A stretch of DNA of 64,000 bases from Halocafeteria seosinensis. Lineage: Eukaryota. Each line of letters opens with the position of its first letter. Position 1 is the first letter of the stretch. The stretch is taken from assembly GCA_001687465.1 (NCBI GenBank), contig LVLI01000006.1, forward strand, positions 62,001 through 126,000, given 5' to 3'. The notes beneath the pieces were generated by a model, which was given only the letters and a program-made list of their open reading frames with translations, was not told the origin of the DNA and made no database searches. Shown one piece after another: positions 12,438-24,465 of the stretch. Both the position numbers and the translations under genes were made by a program.

Positions 12438-13678
12438 TCAAGTGTCGCTGTGGAAGGCCCGAAGGAGGATATCGGCCCATGCTGTACTTTCGCCGTCGAA
12501 CGAGTGCACTTCCCGGATATAACTCTTTGCATTCGCACATACGCTTTCCGAGTCGATATTCCTCGAGTATAACCCATCAAGTACTTCTATGAATTCCTCA
12601 GGCGTTTCGTACAACCAGCCAGTGTCTCGATCCTTTATGATGGTCTTATTACCTGAGTTTGCTCTGGCTATCACTGGCTTACCACTGGCCATGGCCTCCA
12701 AAATACTGGAATCCAAAGCAAAAATACAGTGACACCCGATAAATATACAGAAAAAGAACGCGCATTACGTACGTGTTGGCCATGCCTTCTTCCTTAGAGG
12801 TGTTAATCACCACATTACTCTCCGATATGTATTTCAATAAACCACTCCGCTCAACCGGTGTGTGATAGAAGCAATTGCCTTTCCCTCCTCTCACAACTCC
12901 CTTTTGAAAAGTACCACTACCTATTTTGTCTGCCACAGCTCGAAATACCTGCTCATCTAAAATCGGTCCTACAAGCACAAGGGCGACGTCGTTGTGTGAG
13001 CTGGCCCATCGCTGGAAGGAATCCAGGACGTGAGATGGGTCTTTGACAGCACGTAAACCCGCTGGATGGAGCACTACAAAAGTTTCCTTTTCCATTTGTA
13101 ACATTTCGCGCAGAGACGGTCCCCGGGTATCTATGTTCTCCAGCTCCACCGCCTGCGGTATCTTGATAATTGGCGGAAGCTGTTGGGCATCTGGAATATT
13201 GGTGAGGAGTCTTTGCTTGAGAATGTCATTAAACGACACTATCGCTTTCGCATGAGTAAGCACTCGGTAGATTGTTGCTTTTCTCTCTGTATCTGTGGAT
13301 GAATCTTCCAGATATACATTCACGTCCGTTCCTGAAGACCAAGAGTGCTCGTCCAGCCTCTTACACCATATCGTCGAGTAGATATACTTGCTTACCTCCA
13401 AGGACAATAATGTAGGGGACGCCAGCATCAACAAGCCATTTGCCTGCTCTGTACCCGTGGATTCCGATGGCTGCATCGCATTGTAACCTTTGGATATCCT
13501 CGACTGATTTCACCAAGTTAGCATCATGGGCCACCGCAGAGAACCCCAAAGAATTCAGCATCCGAACCAGTCTTTGAGCCGTCACTGCGTTTCCCGTAGC
13601 ATCAGTGAGACTCGCCAAAACGAGCACTTTGCGGCGTTCGGTTGTACTGCTTCTATCGTTAGCACTCGTGGAATCCAT
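12438..13678 (-). CDS. GLT1D1: GT-B glycosyltransferase, GLT1D1-like, 3 exons
   Basis: TGNAVTAQRL, PAGLRAVKDP, NTSKEEGMA-ILEAMASGKPVIA motifs. Confidence 0.8.
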
Positions 13679-14001
13679 GACACATGTATCGTACTATCAG
13701 GAGAATCAAATCAATTCATAAAACTCATGGCAAGGATTTTCTAAACGCCGTAGCCAAAAGTTCCAATGACGTCTCTTCCCCCAACAACCAAAACCCTCCA
13801 AAAAAAGTACAAAATTATTCACTGGTGCAATGTAGTACCCACGTAGACGCTGCCAGCCGTGGCCCAGGGGAATGAATGGTTTGTGAAGGTCGTGATCCCT
13901 GGAAGAAGAGTGTTCATTTTCGTGTGTGTAGAGAGGGTTGTGTGGACCCCGTACCCTTTTCATAGAGTGTATATATCTGCACAAAATCTTCCGGATCCAA
14001 A

Positions 14002-15482
14002 ATGACGGCGGAAAAGCAAAGAGAGCATGAGGAACAACGATCGGGCGAAGGCGGGCGTCAGCTCGTTGAGGCTTCGGATGAATTAATACGCTATAATCTC
14101 TGGCGCCCGCCCCCTTTTACGCTCAAGTCACTCTTACTCATCATACTCGCTCCTCACACGTTTTTCTTTCCCTTATTTGGAACGTTAGTACTGACAGTGA
14201 TCTGGATGGCTCTGGGATATCTCCCGGAACTTCTGGATGTACCAGCGGCGCCCGCCTCGCGAACCCAAGCGTGGGTGAAGTCGTTAGGATTTTCTGCTGT
14301 TGTAGCGCAATGGTTCCTCGGGATGCAACCGGGCTATTTCTTGATGATGCTTTTTCGGACTTCGCTTCTGGGCGGAGTCGGCTGGTACTTCTTTGATATG
14401 GCGTACGGAAAAGCAAGGCGAACAGGAGAACGCATGTCAAATAGTTTTCTTTCGATGTGGACAGCATGCCATGGTTACTTCCCTGTATCGCTATTCATGT
14501 GGGACGGAGAGCACTACACGAACGAGCCGAACGTCGGACACTACAAAGTCTACAATGTCGATAAAAGAAAATACATTTTCGGTCTACATCCGCATGGTCC
14601 AATCCCCATTGGAGCGTCAGCATTCATGCCACAGTTGTCGAGGTATGTCCATCTTGAGAACGAAGGAAAGCCTGGAATTGCTATAACGTATCTTCCTTTG
14701 TACAGGTGGTCGAGAATCCTGGAAAAAACTCGAATAGGCGTTGCGAGCGCGGTCTTCAATCTCCCGTTTATGAGGGATTTCTACCTTTGGTACGGCGGTA
14801 ATCGCTGCGGGAATGTCCATCCTCAATTTATAACAATTCGTGCATTCCTGAAAAATATATACGCAGGTTTGGTGCTGTAGATGCAACGCGCGAAGCGCTT
14901 AACCTTCAGCTCAACAAAGGAAACTCTGTAGCTTTACTACCTGGTGGCATCAAGGAGCAGTTGTTAGTATGCTCACCTAAGAGAGAAACGATTGTGCTGA
15001 ACAAACGTAAGGGATTTATTCGGTTAGCGCTGCAACATGGAGCCTCCCTTGTACCGGTTTTCATGTAAGTACCCACAGAATAACTATGATTGCTGCTGCA
15101 GCACCGTCTCAAAACCTGTTGCAGTTTCGGAGAACGAGATGCATATAAAACATCGCGAGTGCTCTCTGGCGTTTCGTGGTTCTTGAAGCGGCTATTTAAC
15201 GCTGGCATCCCTATGGTGAGGGGAAGGTTCTTTTCGATGGTCGCGTATCCTGTTCCTCTGCATCTCGTTATGGGGAAACCAATCGATACCCCCAAACTTA
15301 CAGTGGTGCCGGATGTACACGGGCAACAAAGACCAAACGAAAGGGCGACTGAAGTGACGCAGTCCGAATTCGACAGCTACGTCGACCATTATCACCAAGT
15401 GTATGTCGATGAGCTGCAAACACTGTTCGACCAGCATAAAGAAGCAGCCGGATACCACGACACTCATTTGAAAATACTATAA
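14002..15482 (+). CDS. DGAT2/MOGAT-family acyltransferase, multi-exon
   Basis: YFP, YIFGLHPHG, LPGGIKEQ, RKGFIRLALQHGASLVPVF, FGE, VMGKPI motifs. Confidence 0.9.
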
Positions 15483-15518
15483 CAAATGATACTTATATCC
15501 CTTATAACTCGTTACATA

Positions 15519-17345
15519 CTATACCGCATAGGCTGTATCCTCAGCAATTGCATTTATGTAGTCGTCAATCTCTTCACATGTTTCACGGACGAGTCTCGTT
15601 GTTAGACGATCAGCCAGACTCTTATGCATTTCAAACTCATTTATGCCTGTGCCTTCGAGCAGGGCGTACCGCAGCTGTTGTCTCTTGCGTGTTTTACGTC
15701 CATAACCTTCCATTTCCTCTATATTGTCTAAATTTGGCTGCTTGGACGGTAGCGAAGAAGTCACGGACGTTCTCCCGTCAGAACCAGCGGCAATGTGGCG
15801 GGAGACTTGATCCCTGGAAGTGTTAGAGCTTTTGCAGACAGCAGAAGAGAGTTCTTGCGGCTCGGTTGTAACGATATTTGTCCAAGGATTATTCTGGGAT
15901 TCCATCAATTCACCAGCACCTTCAATCACACCTAATGGCACACCAGTGTTGGCAGGACTCGTATATACCTCAGGACCCTTTGGTTCCATGCGCTGCATCT
16001 GCCTAGCTGCAATTTCTTCCTCTTCATGTTGCGCTTGTGAAAGGGACCGCAACATTTCCCGGAGTTGCTGGCTGTCGCGCACACTATACGACAATCTTGA
16101 AGCAGGGCCTGTATAGGTGATGTCGGGTTTGTCGGCAGAATTCTTTCCATTCCGAGAACGCTTCGATTTTCTTTCTCCCGTTGTTTGTACTTTAGAGCTT
16201 TCGCCATCGCTAGGAGCTGATTCTGCTTTTCTTCTTTTTGTATTGCTAGCTGAATGATTCATCGGTTCGTGTCCACTGGCAACTTCCTTTCGGTACTCTT
16301 CGTCGTTTGGAAACTGTCCTGGATCATCAATACCAAAGTGATGAACATGTTCCGTTACATCTGGGATCGAGATGATCTTCCTCTGTTCTGTTCTATGGGA
16401 GAATATTCTATTACTCGGTTGTCTAATGTTTCGCGCTCGTGCTTCAGTTTTAGCACCGGTCGCGGGAGCTCTCTCTGGCGGCAGATCTGCCTGCCCCCTC
16501 TGCGGATCAAACGTCTTACTCTCAGCCGCATGTTCACGAGGGGGATACTGCTGTGTGTCTTCAAACGCAACGTGCTGGACTCCTCGTTTCAAGTTATCCT
16601 GTGCATGATCTATCCCCGATTTCGTTGGCTGCTTGTGCGACTGTTTAGCCGGCCTTTTCCGTTTGGTCTGAGACTTTTTATTCATTCCCATAATTTCTTG
16701 ATATCGCTTCCAAGGATTTGTAGGTTTATCAGCTCTTCTATCACGGTTCGTAATAGGTGTCGCCCGGGGTGGCGTTTCTCTTGCAGAGTGGTCCCTTTGC
16801 TTCGAGTAAGAAGAGGAAGCCCTCCGTCTAGTATTAGCGTCGTCTCCCTTTGAAGAATCCGATTTTTTCCTCCCGCGTTTCGGAGAAAATAGTTGCTTTG
16901 ACTTAATTGTAGGATCAAATAGCCCGGAAGTCCTCGTATCATCATTCCACGACCGCTCCGGTTGTACAAGACTGTCGACTTCCTGCACTCTGTGTCCCCC
17001 AGACTTACGCGTGCTAGTCCGGTTGTTTGTATTGCGATAAGACTCGGGAGCCGGAGGGGCACGAGCATGATTTTTGGAACGTGATCCCGTCATTGGACTA
17101 CCTCGTCTCCCAGAGTACTGAATACCGTGTCCATCAGAGGACGTTGGTTGCTGTTTCCGATACGAGTGGTACACAGCCTGAGCCATATCATGTCCTGCTT
17201 GGCGTGCAGCTGCTGTAGCTTGTTGACTATCGTGTCCACCATCAGATGGGCCTGGATCACGCCTAGTATCACTGGAACGACGCCGAAACTGCTCCCGATC
17301 CCAATGCAGCCGGATCCCGTTGGACGAAGTCGCAGTGGGCTCCAT
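15519..17345 (-). CDS. Hypothetical largely disordered protein with a helical acidic C-terminus
   Basis: 608-aa uninterrupted ORF rich in S/R/K/Q. Confidence 0.7.
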   Translation of the reverse strand: MEPTATSSNGIRLHWDREQFRRRSSDTRRDPGPSDGGHDSQQATAAARQAGHDMAQAVYHSYRKQQPTSSDGHGIQYSGRRGSPMTGSRSKNHARAPPAPESYRNTNNRTSTRKSGGHRVQEVDSLVQPERSWNDDTRTSGLFDPTIKSKQLFSPKRGRKKSDSSKGDDANTRRRASSSYSKQRDHSARETPPRATPITNRDRRADKPTNPWKRYQEIMGMNKKSQTKRKRPAKQSHKQPTKSGIDHAQDNLKRGVQHVAFEDTQQYPPREHAAESKTFDPQRGQADLPPERAPATGAKTEARARNIRQPSNRIFSHRTEQRKIISIPDVTEHVHHFGIDDPGQFPNDEEYRKEVASGHEPMNHSASNTKRRKAESAPSDGESSKVQTTGERKSKRSRNGKNSADKPDITYTGPASRLSYSVRDSQQLREMLRSLSQAQHEEEEIAARQMQRMEPKGPEVYTSPANTGVPLGVIEGAGELMESQNNPWTNIVTTEPQELSSAVCKSSNTSRDQVSRHIAAGSDGRTSVTSSLPSKQPNLDNIEEMEGYGRKTRKRQQLRYALLEGTGINEFEMHKSLADRLTTRLVRETCEEIDDYINAIAEDTAYAV

Positions 17346-17656
17346 TTGGCCACTTTCTAGTCTCTTATCACTTTTCGAAACACGCTCTTCGTACGCATGC
17401 TTACCGAAACCATCCTACACGCCACACCAATGCCATCGAGGGGTAATCCTTGCGCCGTCAATCGTGATAGATAGTGAAGACATGTCAATCTTTTGTGCTA
17501 CCTGACAGCCAGTGCTTCATTCACGTGATCTTTTCCTAGTCTACACGAGGTGTTAGAGTTGACGATATGGGAAGATGGAGCTCTCAAGGAGAAGATAAAA
17601 TTGTTGCCCCAACGATGGGTTCGTCGAAGAGGTGCATTTAAACAGTCGACAAGAGC

Positions 17657-19345
17657 ATGAATTCCGCGGACAGGAAGTTTGGAAGTGCCAAGACATCGAA
17701 TAATGTCCCTCAAAGTCTACCTGATAGTAATGTTTTCGAAGAGCACGGTATTCGCTTCTCTGATTGGGTGATTCCCGTGCCGCTGTTCTACGATGGCGCC
17801 GATGGTGGAAACAGGACACTGGTGGAGACGGCACGGAAGGGACTGCCGCCAGCTTACATTACAGGTGATGAGAAGCTAACTCTATACGCAAGGATTCTGG
17901 AGGAAGTGGCTACGATACCGGAGGATAAAATTAGGGATGGCGAGAAGCAGCCAGCAATGAAGAGTCTAATGTTTGGTAGCAAACCATGTTTGCTCTACCT
18001 CGAAGGGGGTCCTGGTGTAGCACCTCCGCGAATCGCAGCACCATTCTTAAAGGAACTGGTGAAGCGATATAATATTATATTAATGGATCAGCGGGGCACC
18101 GGATTCAGTTCCAATATGACTGTGACAAAACTGGAAAATGTGGGAAAAGACGCGAAAGTAGCCGGAATGGATTCAGACTTTGCTATTGCTAGTTATCTCA
18201 CATTGTTCCGCGCTGACTCCATTGTAGAAGATGCCGAAAGGCTTCGAAAGTCTCTTGGCGTATCTCGATGGAGCATACTTGGGGCAAGTTTTGGTGGGTT
18301 TTGTTGCTTGACTTACATGTCTTATCATCCCTCGGTGCTTAGTGGAGTGTTGATTTCCGGAGGAATACCGGACACCTCGACCAGTTGTTCATGTGATGTG
18401 GTGTACAAGTATAATTACCGACGCCTTCGGGAACAAAACAGGGCATTCTATGCAAAATACCCTCAAGATAAAAGCAGAGTTCAGCGAATCGCTTCTGATC
18501 TCGATCAAGAGCCTATCGAGTTGCGTCACGGAGGCAAACTGACATCTCGGCGATTCCTTCGTCTTGGGATCCTCTTGGGTGTGCGTGGTTCAGCAGGCCA
18601 AGCTGATTTACATAGAATCATAGAATCCGCTTTTACTCCCGAAGTGGACCCAGGGACCGATGGTCGGAGTGACTTCATTTCCTACATTGTTGAGCTCCGA
18701 GAGAACGATCGATTTGTGGAAAACTGTTTGTCTCGCGACACATTCAACTGGCAAATGCTTTATCATCTACTTCATGAAAGCATTTACTGTTCTCGAAAAG
18801 GCCACTCTTCTAATTGGGCTGCATACAGAACGCAAAAGCAGGGGGAGTTTTCGGACTTTGCGAAAGCATTGACTTCTTCGGAGCCACATCATGAGCACAC
18901 CAACGGTGGCCCTCATAAACGAAGGAAAGTAAATGGCTATTCTGCTTCGGAAGCACTCTTTTCCGGGGAAATGGTTTACCCGGAGGATCATTACGATTAC
19001 TCGTTCTTACTCCCCTTTAAGGGTGCCGCAGACATCCTCGCAAAATGGAAGGATTGGCCCAACTTGTATAATGAGGACACACTCGCTTCGGTGAAAATCC
19101 CTGTGGCGGCAGTTGTTTACTCCGAGGATATATTCGTTCCGAAAGAACTGTCAGAGGAAACATTAAAGAAGTTACCGGCGGCAGAATGGGAAGTCGTTGC
19201 TTCTTGTGACCACTCTGCGCTAGGCACCCATGGTGGTTTGGTGGTTAGCGTGCTGTTGTCCCTATTCGAGAGGGCTTGTGCGCGCATCTCAGAAAATAAT
19301 GCTTATGCAAATGGCAGTGGAGGCAAAGTACTATTCACTCCATAA
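17657..19345 (+). CDS. Proline iminopeptidase (alpha/beta hydrolase, peptidase S33), intronless
   Basis: LLYLEGGPG, DQRGTG, FRADSIVEDAE, LGASFGGF nucleophile, LHESIYC, FSGEM, VYSEDIFV, DHS. Confidence 0.9.
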   Translation: MNSADRKFGSAKTSNNVPQSLPDSNVFEEHGIRFSDWVIPVPLFYDGADGGNRTLVETARKGLPPAYITGDEKLTLYARILEEVATIPEDKIRDGEKQPAMKSLMFGSKPCLLYLEGGPGVAPPRIAAPFLKELVKRYNIILMDQRGTGFSSNMTVTKLENVGKDAKVAGMDSDFAIASYLTLFRADSIVEDAERLRKSLGVSRWSILGASFGGFCCLTYMSYHPSVLSGVLISGGIPDTSTSCSCDVVYKYNYRRLREQNRAFYAKYPQDKSRVQRIASDLDQEPIELRHGGKLTSRRFLRLGILLGVRGSAGQADLHRIIESAFTPEVDPGTDGRSDFISYIVELRENDRFVENCLSRDTFNWQMLYHLLHESIYCSRKGHSSNWAAYRTQKQGEFSDFAKALTSSEPHHEHTNGGPHKRRKVNGYSASEALFSGEMVYPEDHYDYSFLLPFKGAADILAKWKDWPNLYNEDTLASVKIPVAAVVYSEDIFVPKELSEETLKKLPAAEWEVVASCDHSALGTHGGLVVSVLLSLFERACARISENNAYANGSGGKVLFTP

Positions 19346-19542
19346 TAGATGGCAGTTGGTGCTTGAGCGTTATACGATCCCCGGAAAAGACCCCGTCGAT
19401 TTGAACATTGTCAAATAAGGAGAAACGTCGACTCTGCTCCGAGTGTTGGAGGTCTTTAGCAGGAAATTTCACTGTTGAAGTTCACTCTAGGATGGTATCA
19501 GCAGGCACTCGAGGAGTTCTCGTTATGTTTATTCATATTGCA

Positions 19543-20706
19543 TCATGTTCCTTGCATCCAATCAACTAACTGGGTTAGTAAGTGCTGAACTTTCCCCGAA
19601 GAGAAGAGATACATAAACCCCATCCCGACAGTGAACGATAACATATTCTCGATGCTCAGCACTGATTCCTCCGCTAGCCCGATATTCGCAACTATCTGGT
19701 CCGCTTTTTCAGTGGCGTCTTCATCGCTGGATACATCCTCTCTACTTTCCTCGTGCTCCGGAGCGTCCGTCCTGGAATTTTCCTCGACGTGGTGTGCACT
19801 CTCGCTTTCGTCTGTTGTTCGTTTTTTATTGCTTCCACTGCTTCGTCTATGTCGCAAGTGTGTGTATCGACTAGCCATATCCAGGTGTCCTTCCGTCGAT
19901 TCTCGTACGTACTCAGTATATTTTGCGGATCTTCCTCGGGCCTGACAGTAGGGAAAAAATAAGACAATATGCCTCGGCTTGTCAAACGTGGTCAATGCTT
20001 CCTACCTTATCAACTGGATACTTCTTAGCGTTGAGTTTCAATTTCCTTTGTGCAGCACGAGGCAAGTTTACATTGCATCGGTGCGATAGTCGTAGTAAAT
20101 ATAGTAAAACCTGAAACAATAAAGTAAAGGAGGTATATTGTACCGCGAATAAACAAACAGCTGCAAATTGGAGCACGGCTTACATCGCTTAATTCTTCTC
20201 CCACTAATACCTTATCCCTGTCACTAAATCCCTCCAAACCAAGATGCTCGCTCGAATCGCCTTTCCATTGAAATAACTGAGCGTCATCATTACATCATAC
20301 GCGTCAGTTAACCGATGTTGATGCTACATGCCACTGAAGACAGTCAGTCCATCCTTACCTCCGCCAGTTCCCCCACCTGAAGTCATAACCAAAGAGACAA
20401 GGTAAATAGAGATAATCGCGCTACTCGGGCAGGCGATGGATGCATACTCACCTCTCCAACCATGGCTAGGAGCAAATTGCGTGGTGAATGGAACTGCATG
20501 AAATGAGACATATGTGGGCTTCGACGGCACCCTTTGGCTTCCAGAGGCTTCCTTACTTGGTCCCATTCGCGTTCCTCTGCAAACTGGCTAATCCCTTGGC
20601 ATAGTTCACGCAGCGTCGTCTCCTCATCGAACGCCCCAATGGTGTCGTCTAAGTCTTGTGGTGAGGCACTGGACTTCTTTGCTTGGCTCCTGGTGGTGGC
20701 TGCCAT
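19543..20706 (-). CDS. DCTPP1: dCTP pyrophosphatase 1 (MazG-like all-alpha NTP pyrophosphatase) with C-terminal extension, 6 exons
   Basis: Spliced FAEEREWDQ-FHSPRNLLLAMVGE-VGELAE-LFQWKG...GEELSD-VLLYLLRLS...KLKLNAKKYP. Confidence 0.9.
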
Positions 20707-20934
20707 ACTGCCTTGTAGCTTATCTACGTGTATGTGAAGATGGTCAGAGCCGGGCGATAGCTGTATACATGGTATTGATGCAACAACGAGTGTTGTGAGT
20801 CGTAACTAGCCATTCACATACTGGATGATCGACACAAAATTACTTGTCAACAGTATCGTATTGGGCTCTGGACCAGTATAGGTCGTCCGATTCCGAGCCT
20901 TAACGGGAGGCATTAGATCATTTGAATTAGCGCC

Positions 20935-23900
20935 ATGAGGTCACGTACGCCTCCGTTTATGCTCTTGCAACGACCTTATCGCGGTGTTATTTGATCTCAA
21001 GAATTTCGTGCCCTTCTATCTGCAGATAGGAAGAGTGCCTCTATACCCGCTTCAGGAGAGCAATACGAAGGGAGACGAGGGAAGAAAAAACGACGTTTAG
21101 TGGATATTGCCACCTTTAGCTCTTCCTCATTGGAAGGAGCTACTCTAGAGGTACGTGCACTGCTACTCTTGTTTTTCACCACATGCTATTGATATTCTGC
21201 TCATTTGCAGGGAAGAGTTACTCGTGTTTGGCCTCTGCGTCCTGCTGGAGAAGCCACTCCCTCGGATCGGTATCTCAATTCCACCAAGAAAATATTCAAT
21301 TTGGAAGTGGAGGATACACAAGTAAGTGTTCCCTTCCTTTAGCATTTTGCCGATGACGCTGTTACCATCAGAGGTCTTGCCTTTGAGCCGACAGCCCGAA
21401 ACCATTAACAGACCCAAAGCTTCAATCGAGATATTTTTCTACGATCGATGGGCTGAACGGTGCTCAAGAGCCAGAAAGGGTGACATAATCAGGCTGACTG
21501 GGTCCGGAGTGGTGTCAATAGCGAACCCGGTGTAAGTACTCCCCACAGAGTGCACAAGTTGCAATTAAATAGTGTGTTAACCTGAGTGCGATCGATTACA
21601 GAATTTTTTCTAGTGCTGATCATGAATATCGCCTAATTGTGGCGGAGCACAACTCCAGGAGAAGTGACAACAATGTCAAAATTGAAATAGTCCCCTACAG
21701 AAATGAGTCCGAACTATGGGCAATTCCCAAGGAAAAGACGACTGAGAATTTTGGCCCACCTTTGAAACTGAACCCGCGGAATTTACATGAATACGATTCA
21801 TGGATAGATGAGAAGCCAAACCGGAACCTTACTAGGCAGTACGATATGGATAGAATTTGTGAGGAATTGGACATTAATGCTGAAGAGATGTCCCGCAAGG
21901 ACTCTCTTGAACAGGGACCGTTTCTCGCACTGAGGGCTGCTAACAAAGAGAAACGCCAGCCGCGACGACAAACCAACGCCACAAGCAGTGAAAAGCCTAA
22001 CGATAAGAAACTCGTGAACCAGTCGAAGAAATATGATCCACCCAAGAAACGCAGAATGTTCACAGCCGATATTGCTCAGCTGATAAAGGAAAAACGCCGC
22101 CGCAATACCGCTGATTCCCTGGGGAACCTAGAGATGCCGCCGTCTCCCCGAAAGGAAACCAAGAACGTTCCCATGACATGCAGCTCCACACGTAATACGA
22201 CCTCGTCCCAAGAAAGCTATCCTTCTATCGAACAGAACAGCATGAATGTCCTCATGCACATGACAGACTTAGATAACTTGTCGTATGATGAACGTTCTGC
22301 TCATGCATCCCCGTCGCAGAAACCTGCAAACACTCAAGCGGAAGACCAGCTGGATAAAGGCGTCTCCGCCTTTCTGCGTACCGAAGAGGTTTCTCAAACT
22401 GTGGATCATATGCGTTCCACTTATACGAAAGTCTCTACACCCAGTAGTGGCAGCAATACTGATAACCAAAAAGAAGGCGATTTCTGGCCTACTCAGTCAT
22501 CCGGTGGCTCCTCGTTTCCACACTCTCAAAAGAAATCCCAAGAGTCCAACGAGTCCAAACCTGTAGGCAATCAGAGCCAGTTTAAGTCTCCTCAACTAGC
22601 CCCAGCAGTTGCGCCAACAACAGCGCCGACTCCTGAAAAGTCAACCACTGGAAAGTCCAAGAGCTCGGGTCCGGAGACGAACGTTACGACGGGCGGGAGC
22701 AGAACTACACCCATTCAATCTCTCGTGACTCAGGTGCATCCTCCTCATGCGCAAGCTAGTTCAAGTGACTACACGCCTCTGCGCAACCTCGTTCTCAACA
22801 AGAAGGCCCACATTATGGCAGTTATTATCGATCGAGCCTTTCCAAGGAGCGCCCGAAAGGGCACCGATTTTAGTGGCCAAGTAAGTACGACGGCGAAGAA
22901 ACAATGTGTGAAATAGACTAGAGGCAAAGCAATGCTACGTTTGTGGAGTGCAGATGCTTGTTTGCGATGATTCTACTAGTACAAGCTTTCATGTTCAAAT
23001 CTTTTCCAAGAGTCTTAGTCTCTTTCCCAAGCATGCAAATTTTGGAGACGTGATTATCATTCGCAATGCTAAGATTCAACAGTTTCATGGTCAACCACAG
23101 ATCTTGTGCAACAAAAGAGAGACAAAATTTGCGATTCTCGGCAGAGACAATTCGATAAGCGTCGTGGATAGCGCAGATCCCGCCTCCATTAGTCTAACTG
23201 AGGAAGACAAGAACAAAGCGGATTCCTTAATGAAATGGTTTGAGTGCAAGCTGCCTGAGAGGAGTTTCTTCTCTGCTGGCTACGTACGAAACCTTGAAGA
23301 AGGCTTTTTAGCCGACAAACTATTTATGGATACAATTGCATGTGTGTGCCAGCAGCCGAAGCACTTGACCCTGGAGAATGGAGAGGTGGATGAGAACTGT
23401 GTTCGGTTCACTGTCTGGGATGGGTCTAACTTGAATTACAAGCACCCTCCCGACGCTTATCCTCCTCAGGCTGCTCCACTTTGTCGAGGTTGCATAATTC
23501 CCGTTATTGCCAGTTGTCACGTGGATATACTTGAGCATCTCAACTTACAGTTTGGGGACTGGGTCCGCTTACGCAATGTGAAATTTCATTTCAAGCCTGA
23601 TGAGCCGGATGACGAGAATTCCTCGAGCGATGCTTCAACTTCGAAAGCCATCTATGTACAAGAAAATTCTGGCGCCATAGTGCTTCCGGAAAAATGCCAA
23701 GATGTGCAGGATGTCTTGTCCAAGTTTAAAGATCGAGCGTCGGAACTTGATCTGGAGGATGCTGCTCCTCCCTCGGGTGTGCGCCCACAAGAATTGACGA
23801 AAATTCACGATACCTACCTGGAAGAGTACAACCAGGTAAAGGAACTAGCGCACCCTGGCCGAATTGAATTTGAGAAATTCAAAGTGAAGGCCTCGGTTGT

Positions 23901-24261
23901 TGCGTATCACCCCTTGGACGTGCGTGATTTTTGCGTCCAGTCAGACTCGGGAGAATATGAATATCGTTTCCAACTTAGATTCGTCGACCCTTGGGTACGC
24001 AGTATCTCCGTGGGGTATGCTTCCTTCATAGATGTACTTGTACAAGGGTCTGATGGTGAACAATTCTTCAATATTCCGCCGACCAATCTGCATGAGAACC
24101 AGGCAAGTGCGGATGCAATCGCCCGGCGTCTTGAACAATTATTCAAAGTGCCAGCATTCGATGCCTGCGTTGCTTTGGTGCCGCGCACTTGTCCGGAAGA
24201 CAATTTCGAATGGATGTACCTGTTAGCTGATACCTCCATCTGCAGTACAGGTTCAAGTTAA
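20935..24261 (+). CDS. POT1: POT1/TEBP-alpha-like telomere ssDNA-binding protein with N-terminal extension, 6 exons
   Basis: YTPLRNL...HIMAVIID..PRSARKGTDF, VCDDST..FHVQIFS..LFP...GDVIIIRNAKIQ (OB1); FTVWDGS, GDWVRLRNVK (OB2); FKVKASVVAYHP, YRFQLRFVD (C-terminal OB). Confidence 0.8.
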
Positions 24262-24465
24262 GTGCCGACATCACTTCCTGTATCTTGGATCAAGCCCGTT
24301 GAAGCAATAACTTTCTTGGACATGGGATAAATTTCCCTACTCTACAGTTTAGTATGACACAAAATTTTTCGGATTGATTATCAAGTACCTCATACACAGA
24401 TTAGATTAAATATTCAAGAGTACATACATTAATTAGTTTTCATTTTTATCTCCCTCTCCTGGACC

